Shown: piece by piece, positions 57,452-64,000 of the stretch
Position numbering within the stretch: position 1 is the first letter of the stretch
How the letters are laid out: each line of letters begins with the position of its first letter
From: an uncultured Bacillota bacterium
GTDB lineage: Bacteria > Sysuimicrobiota > Sysuimicrobiia > Sysuimicrobiales > Segetimicrobiaceae
Reading direction: 5' to 3'
Length of the DNA: 64,000 nucleotides
Assembly: GCA_963804645.1 (NCBI GenBank)
Contig: CAWDRG010000015.1
Coordinates: 1 to 64,000, forward strand
The notes under the pieces: generated by a model
The model's database searches: none
Told to the model about the DNA's origin: nothing
What the model saw: the letters and a program-made list of their open reading frames with translations, nothing else
Program-made: the position numbers and the translations under genes

Positions 57452-58705
57452 ATGACATTACGCAGCCGGACAGTCCTCGCGATGGTCCTGGCAGCCTCGA
57501 TGGCCGTGATGGCCGCGGTCGGCGCGTCGGCGGACGCGCTGTTCTCGGACATCGGAGGCAGCCCGTACCAGCAGGCGATTACGAAACTCGCCGTCGTCGG
57601 CGTGATTCCCGGAAACCCGGACGGCACGTTTAAACCCGATCAGGCGATCACCCGGCTGCAGGCCGTGGAGGCGCTGGCGACCGGTCTGGACGTCCAGGGC
57701 ACGGGCGCGATCCCCGCGTACGCGGACGCCAGCCAGATTCCGGACAGCGTCAAGCCGGCGATCGCCGCGCTGCTCAACACCGGGGCGGCGTCCCAGCAGA
57801 AAGCCGTGGTCACCGACGGAGACGTCAGCTACACGCTGACCACGGACAAGGCGGTGTACGGCGTCGACGACCCGGTCGATCTGACGTTCACGGTGTCCAA
57901 CACCGGGAAGAACGACGTGACGTTTCAGTTTCCGACGACGCAGAACTACGACTTCGTCATCAAGCGTGGGGACACCGAGCTCGCGCGCTGGTCGCTCGGC
58001 CAGACGTTCATCCAGCAGCCCACGTCGGTCACCCTGGCCGGGGGGCACGCGTTCTCGTTCGAGACGCGGTGGCTGCAGAAGGACCAGGACAGCCATCCGG
58101 TCCCGCCGGGCGTCTACACGCTGAGCGCGGTGTTTCCGCTGAAGGATCACCCGATCCTGGTCAGCCTCGACTTCCAGAAGGGCCTGCTGGCGACGTTCCC
58201 GGACAACACGTTCCGACCGAACAGCACGGTGCCCCGCGCGGAGTTCGCGGCGCTCTTGATCCGTGCGATGGGCCTGCAGGGTGAGGCGACGCAGAAGGCT
58301 CAGGCGACGCTCTCGATCAAGGACGCGGCCGATGTGCCGCCGGCGCTCCATGGGTACGTCGCCGCGGCGATCGACCACAAGCTGATGCCGCCGTACGCCG
58401 ACGGGACGTGGAAGCCGAACCAGCCGACGACCCGGGGCGAGGCCGCGTTCGCGCTGGCCGGCGTCATGGATGGGCTCAACAAGTTCAACTACATCAAGGG
58501 CACGCTCGTGGGCGTGACCGGCGGCAACATCACGGTGAGCAGCGCCAACAAGACGATCACCAGCTTTGCGATGACGCCGGCGGTCGCGATCTACCGCAAC
58601 GGCAAGGCGGTCGCCGTGGGCGATCTCAAGGCCAACGATCAGGTGACGCTCCTGCTTACCGGGCCCCAGGGCCGCGCCGGATATGTGGAGGCGGCCGGGC
58701 CGTGA
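57452..58705 (+). CDS. Secreted SLH-domain protein with an internal BsuPI-like Ig domain
   Basis: Signal peptide; SLH motifs GNPDGTFKPDQAITR, FPDNTFRPN..RAEFA, YADGTWKPN; FPTTQNYDF...RWS segment. Confidence 0.82.
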   Translation: MTLRSRTVLAMVLAASMAVMAAVGASADALFSDIGGSPYQQAITKLAVVGVIPGNPDGTFKPDQAITRLQAVEALATGLDVQGTGAIPAYADASQIPDSVKPAIAALLNTGAASQQKAVVTDGDVSYTLTTDKAVYGVDDPVDLTFTVSNTGKNDVTFQFPTTQNYDFVIKRGDTELARWSLGQTFIQQPTSVTLAGGHAFSFETRWLQKDQDSHPVPPGVYTLSAVFPLKDHPILVSLDFQKGLLATFPDNTFRPNSTVPRAEFAALLIRAMGLQGEATQKAQATLSIKDAADVPPALHGYVAAAIDHKLMPPYADGTWKPNQPTTRGEAAFALAGVMDGLNKFNYIKGTLVGVTGGNITVSSANKTITSFAMTPAVAIYRNGKAVAVGDLKANDQVTLLLTGPQGRAGYVEAAGP

Positions 58706-58783
58706 GCGCGTCAGTAACGCATCGGATCGTCCGCGGATCCCCATCCGACTGGGCGGAGCGGGGTGTGATGGAGGTGGCACGGC

Positions 58784-60043
58784 GTGGCGATTGCTGAACT
58801 CGAAACCAAGAGCATGAACGAGCTCCAAGATCTCGCCAAAGAGCTGAACATTCCCAATTTCCGGCGCTATCGGAAACAGGAGTTGATCATGAAGATTTTG
58901 CAGGCGCAGACCGAGCAGAGCGGACTGATCTTCCGCGCTGGGGTGCTCGAGATCATGCAGGAAGGCTATGGGTTTCTTCGGACGAGCGGCTATCTGCCGG
59001 GGTCCGAGGACATTTACGTGTCGCCGTCCCAGATCAAGCGGTTCGGGCTGCGGGTGGGGGACGAGGTGCTCGGCCAGGTCCGCGCGCCCAAGGACAACGA
59101 GAAGTACTTCGCCCTGCTGCGCGTCGAGGCGGTGAACGGGCTCGATCCCGAGCAGGCGCGGTCACGCCCCGATTTCGAGAAGCTCACGCCGGTCTTCCCG
59201 CACGAACGCCTCAACCTCGAGCTGCCGCAGAGCGATCTGACGGTGCGCATCGTGGAGCTGTTCGCACCGATCGGCAAAGGGCAGCGTGCGATGATCGTGT
59301 CGCCGCCGAAGGCCGGCAAGACCACGCTGCTCAAGAAGATCGGCCAGAGCATCGTGCAGAATCATCAGGAGATTTACCTGATGGTGCTGCTGCTCGACGA
59401 GCGCCCCGAGGAAGTAACCGACATGCGGCGGTCGGTGGAGGCCGAGGTCGTGGCGTCCACGTTTGATCGGCCGCCCGAAGAGCACGTGCAGGTGGCCGAC
59501 CTGGTGCTGGAGCGCGCGAAGCGGCTCGTCGAGGGCGGCCGCGATGTGGTCGTGCTGCTCGACAGCCTCACCCGGTTTTCACGCGCCAACAACCTCGTGA
59601 TTCCTCCGAGCGGGCGCACGCTGTCGGGCGGGCTCGATCCCGCCGCGCTGCATCGGCCCAAGCGGTTCTTCGGCGCCGCGCGGAAGATCGAGGAAGGCGG
59701 CAGCATCACGATTATCGCGACCGCGCTGATCGATACCGGCAGCCGCATGGACGACGTGATTTACGAGGAGTTCAAGGGCACGGGCAACATGGAGCTTCAC
59801 CTCAACCGGAAGCTGCAGGAGCGGCGGACGTTCCCGGCGATCGACATCAAGCTGTCGGGGACGCGTCGCGAGGAACTGCTGCTTCCCGACGAAGAGCTGC
59901 GGAAGGTGTGGGTGCTGCGCAAGAGCCTCGAGACGCTGGACACGGTCGCGATGACCGAGTTGATTCTCGACCGCCTGCGCAAGACCCCGAACAACCAAGC
60001 GTTTTTGCGTTCGATCATCAAGAACAGCGAGGCGAACACCTAG
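58784..60043 (+). CDS. rho: Transcription termination factor Rho
   Basis: GYGFLR, DIYVSPSQI, PPKAGKTT, DERPEE, EEFKGTGN. Confidence 0.97.
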   Translation: MAIAELETKSMNELQDLAKELNIPNFRRYRKQELIMKILQAQTEQSGLIFRAGVLEIMQEGYGFLRTSGYLPGSEDIYVSPSQIKRFGLRVGDEVLGQVRAPKDNEKYFALLRVEAVNGLDPEQARSRPDFEKLTPVFPHERLNLELPQSDLTVRIVELFAPIGKGQRAMIVSPPKAGKTTLLKKIGQSIVQNHQEIYLMVLLLDERPEEVTDMRRSVEAEVVASTFDRPPEEHVQVADLVLERAKRLVEGGRDVVVLLDSLTRFSRANNLVIPPSGRTLSGGLDPAALHRPKRFFGAARKIEEGGSITIIATALIDTGSRMDDVIYEEFKGTGNMELHLNRKLQERRTFPAIDIKLSGTRREELLLPDEELRKVWVLRKSLETLDTVAMTELILDRLRKTPNNQAFLRSIIKNSEANT

Positions 60044-60064
60044 CGGTACACGAACACCTGCACG

Positions 60065-60096
60065 CGGGGGACCGCGGCGAGCGCCGCGGTCCCCCG
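60065..60096 (+). terminator. Strong hairpin after rho
   Basis: CGGGGGACCGCGGC-gagc-GCCGCGGTCCCCCG; only a short U-run follows. Confidence 0.6.
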
Positions 60097-60243
60097 TTCG
60101 GCTGAACAGCCGGCGTTCGGGGCAGGAATCACTAGGACGTCGTCGAAGGCGCACACAGGGCGCGTTCGGTCAGCCATTGCGATGCCGTGTCGCACTACGC
60201 GGCGACTTTCTCGACTTATAGTGATACCGTGTCCGGGGGGCCG

Positions 60244-61089
60244 ATGATCGGGTCACGCCGTCTTGTCCCCGTCAGTCTATTGCTCGCGACGACGCTTGCG
60301 GTCGTTCCGATGCTCCTTCCGGGTGGCCTGCTTGGCGGCGGTGCGCCCGTGGCGTCCGCGGTGTCCGCGCGGCCGGTGCGGACGTCCCCGCGTGTGTCGC
60401 TGTTCGTGCATCTCAGGCGCGTGACGCTGCCGCCTGCTCCGGCGCGCGCCGCTCGGCCCGTTCCCCCGGCGCGTCCGGCGACCGCCGCGCATACCGTCGT
60501 CGAGGGCGACACGCTGTGGGAGTTGGCAAGCGCCGCCCGGCTGTCGGTCGCGCAGCTTGCCGCCGCCAACGGGCTGTCGGAGGACGCCACGCTTCGGCTC
60601 GGCCAGGTGCTTCGGGTGCCCGCGCCCGGCGCGGCGCCCGTGGTGGCGCGCGTCCCTGCGTCGGCTCCGGCACCGAGCGCGCCCCGACAGGCGCTGGCCG
60701 CGCCGGTGCAGCTGCGGTGGCCCGCGTCCGGCATGATCACGTCGCGGTTCGGGTGGCGGATCCAGCCGATCTTCCGCCGGCCCGAGTTCCACACGGGCCT
60801 CGACATCGCGACGCGCTGGGGATCGCCGGTGCTGGCGGCGCGGGACGGCGTGGTGCGGTTCGTCGGCTGGCAGTCAGGCTACGGGCAGATGGTCATCGTG
60901 GAGCACGGCGGCGGCCTTGAGACGTCCTACTCCCATCTGTCCTCCGCGGCGGTGCGGCCCGGCGAGCCGGTTGAGGCGGGACAGTTGCTCGGGCGGATCG
61001 GCAACACGGGATGGAGCACCGGTCCGCATCTCCTCTTCGAAGTCCGCTGGCACGGCGTGCCGGTGGATCCTACGAGATATCTCAACTAG
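60244..61089 (+). CDS. LysM + M23 (LytM) domain protein
   Basis: HTVVEGDTLW..LAAANGL; ITSRFG, HTGLDIA, YSHL, GNTGWSTGPHLLFE. Confidence 0.9.
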   Translation: MIGSRRLVPVSLLLATTLAVVPMLLPGGLLGGGAPVASAVSARPVRTSPRVSLFVHLRRVTLPPAPARAARPVPPARPATAAHTVVEGDTLWELASAARLSVAQLAAANGLSEDATLRLGQVLRVPAPGAAPVVARVPASAPAPSAPRQALAAPVQLRWPASGMITSRFGWRIQPIFRRPEFHTGLDIATRWGSPVLAARDGVVRFVGWQSGYGQMVIVEHGGGLETSYSHLSSAAVRPGEPVEAGQLLGRIGNTGWSTGPHLLFEVRWHGVPVDPTRYLN

Positions 61090-61131
61090 CGCACCCCTTC
61101 CTGGACGACGGCCCTTCGCACCCCGCGGCTC

Positions 61132-62151
61132 GTGGTGCGCGCGGCCGCGGCGGTGCGCCGTCCGGATCCCGCGTCGATCGTGAGGGAGGCGCCCGTGCTG
61201 GTCACCGGCGCGACCGGCATGGTCGGCGGCGCGATCGTGCGAGCGCTGCTGCGCCGTCAGCGCTCGGTGCGCGTGTTTGTCCGCGACGGGCGCCGGGCGG
61301 AGGCGCTGTTCGGTTCGGCCGTCGAGATCGCGGTCGGCGACCTGGCTGACGCGCAGAGCGTCAGCCGCGCCGCGGTTGGCGTGGGGGACGTCTACCACGT
61401 GGCGGGCGCGGTCGACGAGTGGCAGTGCCCCGCGCAGGTGATGTGGGAGACGAACGTTGCCGGGACGCGCCGGCTGCTGGCCGCGAGCGGCGGACGCTTC
61501 GTGTATACGAGCTCGGTCTCGGTGTACGGCGATCGACTTCCGCTCGCGGTGCGTGAGGACGCCCCGTTCAACCCCGCGGGCGTGTACGGGGAATCCAAGA
61601 TCGAAGCGGAGCGGGCGGTCCTCGACGCGGCGGCGGGCGGACGGGGGGCGATGATCGTCCGGCCCTGCATCGTGTACGGCCCGGGCGATCGGTACTTCGG
61701 GCCGCAGGCGTCCACGCTCGTGCGGCTCCCCGTGCTGCCGCTGCCGGACGGCGGCCGGCATCTCGTCGATCTCGTGCACGCGGACGATCTCGCCGAGGCC
61801 CAACTGCTCGTGATGGGGGAGGGCCGCCCCGGCGAGGCCTACAACGTGACCGACGGGGTGACGCACACCCTCCGCGATCTCATCGGGTGGATGGCGGAGG
61901 CGTCGGGCCGGGCCCCCTGGTGCCCGTCGATTCCGCGGTGGCTCGCGCTTGCGGCGCAGCCCGCGCTGCGCGAGGCCGGCCGGCTCGCCCGCGTCCCGCA
62001 GGTCGCGCGCCTGCGCCGCCACGATGTGTACGTGTTTTTCTCCGACTACAATTTCGAGATCGCGAAGATCCACGCGCTCGGGTACGCTCCGCGCATCGAG
62101 GCGCGCGTCGCAGTGCCGGCGGCGCTGCGCGCCGGGGCGCTGGGCGCATAG
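61132..62151 (+). CDS. NAD-dependent epimerase/dehydratase (start possibly GTG 61195)
   Basis: VTGATGMVG, YTSS, YGESK, VYGPGD. Confidence 0.88.
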   Translation: MVRAAAAVRRPDPASIVREAPVLVTGATGMVGGAIVRALLRRQRSVRVFVRDGRRAEALFGSAVEIAVGDLADAQSVSRAAVGVGDVYHVAGAVDEWQCPAQVMWETNVAGTRRLLAASGGRFVYTSSVSVYGDRLPLAVREDAPFNPAGVYGESKIEAERAVLDAAAGGRGAMIVRPCIVYGPGDRYFGPQASTLVRLPVLPLPDGGRHLVDLVHADDLAEAQLLVMGEGRPGEAYNVTDGVTHTLRDLIGWMAEASGRAPWCPSIPRWLALAAQPALREAGRLARVPQVARLRRHDVYVFFSDYNFEIAKIHALGYAPRIEARVAVPAALRAGALGA

Positions 62152-62168
62152 GGCGCGCGGCCGGGCGT

Positions 62169-62198
62169 TTGCGCGGGCAATTGCGCGTGTGTTATAAT
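62169..62198 (+). promoter_or_regulatory. Sigma70-like promoter for rpmE
   Basis: TTGCGC-N18-TATAAT with TG extension. Confidence 0.65.
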
Positions 62199-62263
62199 TT
62201 CGCCTGTTGCACAGATCGCCCCGCAGGTCCCTCTCTCTTAGCGGGCAGTCGAGGTGGGTTCCC

Positions 62264-62467
62264 ATGAAGAAAGGCATTCATCCGCAGTATCGTCAAACCA
62301 CGGTGACGTGCGCGTGCGGCGAAACGTTCACGACCGGGTCGACGCGCGAGAACATCCGGGTCGAGATCTGCTCGAAGTGCCACCCGTTCTACACCGGCAC
62401 GCGGAAGTTTGTGGACTCCGAAGGGCGCGTCCAGAAGTTTGCGAAGAAGTATGGGCTGCAGCTGTAG
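62264..62467 (+). CDS. rpmE: 50S ribosomal protein L31 (Zn-binding type)
   Basis: [29 protein letters not shown]. Confidence 0.97.
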   Translation: MKKGIHPQYRQTTVTCACGETFTTGSTRENIRVEICSKCHPFYTGTRKFVDSEGRVQKFAKKYGLQL

Positions 62468-62504
62468 CGCGGCGGGCGTCGGGCGCGCGGACCGGTAGCG
62501 GACC

Positions 62505-63395
62505 GTGCGCCCAATGCCGTCCGTCGCGATCGGCGGCCAGGCGGTGCTCGAGGGGGTCATGATGCGATCCCCTCGATACGTTTCGGTCGCCGTGCGCGAT
62601 CCCTCGGGCGACCTGCTCGCGGTGACGCGGCCGTCCGACTCGCTGCTGCAGCGGTACCCCTGGTTGGGGGCGCCCGTGCTGCGCGGCATCGCGGCGCTGT
62701 ACGACGCGGTGATGCTGGGCGCCGACGCGATCGTGCTGTCGGCGAATGCGGCGGCGGAGGGCACGCCCCGCCGGCCCATGACGGGACGCGAGGCGGCGGT
62801 GACCCTCGCCGGCGGGCTCGGCGTGGCGGTCGTGCTGTTCTTCGTGATCCCGACGCTGGCGGCGCGCCTGGCCGTGGCCGTGCTGCCGTCCCCCCTCGCC
62901 CTCAACCTGGGGGAGGGGGGCCTCCGGATCGCGCTCGTCGTCGGGTACATCGCAGCGATCGGTCGCATCCCGGATCTCGCCCGCGTCTATCAGTATCACG
63001 GCGCGGAGCATAAGGCCGTCAACACGTTCGAGCAGGGGCTGCCGCTCGAGACCGGCTGGGTCCGGACGCGCAGCCGGTTCCATCCACGGTGCGGCACCAG
63101 CTTCGTGCTGATCGTCCTGCTCGTCTCCCTCATCGTGTTTGCGATGCTCGGCCGCCCGCCGCTCTGGATCGGCGTGGTCGAGCGGCTTCTGCTGCTGCCG
63201 GTCGTGGCGGGCGTCAGCTACGAGATTCTGCGGCTCACCGGACGGGCCGCGTTCGCGGGCTCGGCCGCGGCGCCCGGGATCTGGCTGCAGCGGCTGACGA
63301 CTCGGGAGCCCGACGACGCGCAGATCGAGGTGGCGATCCGGGCGCTGCGCGGGGTCGTCGCCGCGGAGGCGCGCGCCGGGGCGCCGATGCTATAA
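62505..63395 (+). CDS. DUF1385 family membrane protein
   Basis: GGQAVLEGVMMR, YHGAEHK, HPRCGTSF, LQRLTTREP. Confidence 0.92.
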   Translation: MRPMPSVAIGGQAVLEGVMMRSPRYVSVAVRDPSGDLLAVTRPSDSLLQRYPWLGAPVLRGIAALYDAVMLGADAIVLSANAAAEGTPRRPMTGREAAVTLAGGLGVAVVLFFVIPTLAARLAVAVLPSPLALNLGEGGLRIALVVGYIAAIGRIPDLARVYQYHGAEHKAVNTFEQGLPLETGWVRTRSRFHPRCGTSFVLIVLLVSLIVFAMLGRPPLWIGVVERLLLLPVVAGVSYEILRLTGRAAFAGSAAAPGIWLQRLTTREPDDAQIEVAIRALRGVVAAEARAGAPML

Positions 63396-63396
63396 T
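63388..63396 (+). promoter_or_regulatory. Extended -10 element upstream of prfA, overlapping the DUF1385 stop
   Basis: TGCTATAAT. Confidence 0.5.
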
Positions 63397-63425
63397 CGAG
63401 GCACCATCCGGAGGAGGGTGGCGCG

Positions 63426-64000
63426 GTGCGTCCAGAGCTGCAGAACAAGCTGACGACGATGCAGGCGCGGTACGACGAGCTGACCGCTCGCCTCGCCGAT
63501 CCGTCGATTTTCGCGGATCCCGCCCAGGCCCAGCAGGTCGCGCGCGAGCACGCGTCCCTCCGCCAGGTGATGGGGGTCTCCGAGGAGCACCGGCGCGTCG
63601 CGCGCGAGGCCGACGAAGCCGCGGAGCTGGCGCGCGGCGAGCATGACGCGGAGCTGCGGGCGCTCGCCGAGACCGAGCGGCGCACGCTGCTCGAGCGCCA
63701 GGCCGAGCTCGAGCGGGAACTGGAGGAGCTCCTCGTGCCGCGCGATCCCCGGGACGACCGCAGCGTCATCATCGAGATCCGGGCCGGTACCGGCGGCGAC
63801 GAGGCGGCGCTGTTCGCGGGTGATCTGTTCCGCATGTACGCGCGGTACGCCGAACGGCACGGGTGGAAGTCCGAGGTCCTGTCCAGCAGCCCGACGGGAG
63901 TCGGCGGGTTCAAAGAGGTGGTCGTGGCCGTCGCCGGCCGCGGGGCGTACAGCCGGCTGAAATACGAGAGCGGCGTCCATCGCGTGCAGCGGGTGCCGGC
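63426..64000 (+). CDS. prfA: Peptide chain release factor 1 (partial, runs off window; absent from ORF track)
   Basis: GGAGG RBS; EIRAGTGGDEAALFAGDLFRMY, LKYESGVHRVQRVP; synteny after rpmE. Confidence 0.95.
   Translation, partial: MRPELQNKLTTMQARYDELTARLADPSIFADPAQAQQVAREHASLRQVMGVSEEHRRVAREADEAAELARGEHDAELRALAETERRTLLERQAELERELEELLVPRDPRDDRSVIIEIRAGTGGDEAALFAGDLFRMYARYAERHGWKSEVLSSSPTGVGGFKEVVVAVAGRGAYSRLKYESGVHRVQRVP

Noticed and set aside
60044..60243. Possible c-di-AMP riboswitch upstream of the LysM/M23 gene
   Set aside because: Context fits, but I could not match the conserved core; only a simple hairpin is evident. An Infernal search would decide

Overview
High-GC bacterial chromosomal segment. 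Taxonomy cannot be fixed from the sequence; an SLH protein, a GAAC-N4-GTTC box and the rho-rpmE-DUF1385-prfA order suggest a Terrabacteria lineage. Core content: two peptide-type ABC clusters, an MrfA/YprA-type helicase, a glycogen/glucosylglycerate cluster (GT4, gpgS, mscS, two GH57, glgC, PGI/PMI), accDABC, htrA, glpX, argS, rho, rpmE and prfA. Two accessory patches stand out, at about 8.5-17 kb and 47.1-53 kb. The main finding is a 5.8-kb element (10200-15989) encoding two translationally coupled tyrosine recombinases and an arylsulfatase. It has perfect 12-bp terminal inverted repeats and 6-bp coupling sequences (ACTCAG / ACTCGT), and it sits exactly in the conserved FYEW codons of an SOS-response-associated peptidase (SRAP/YedK) gene that has a putative LexA box upstream. 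Excision would rejoin the gene in frame and create a 12-6-12 core site. I also found two frameshifted genes and an integrase relic that the ORF track misses, several proteins with altered catalytic motifs, and a cyclase-STAND-TPR / sedolisin island with a CRP-like box. I recognised no CRISPR array, tRNA or rRNA.
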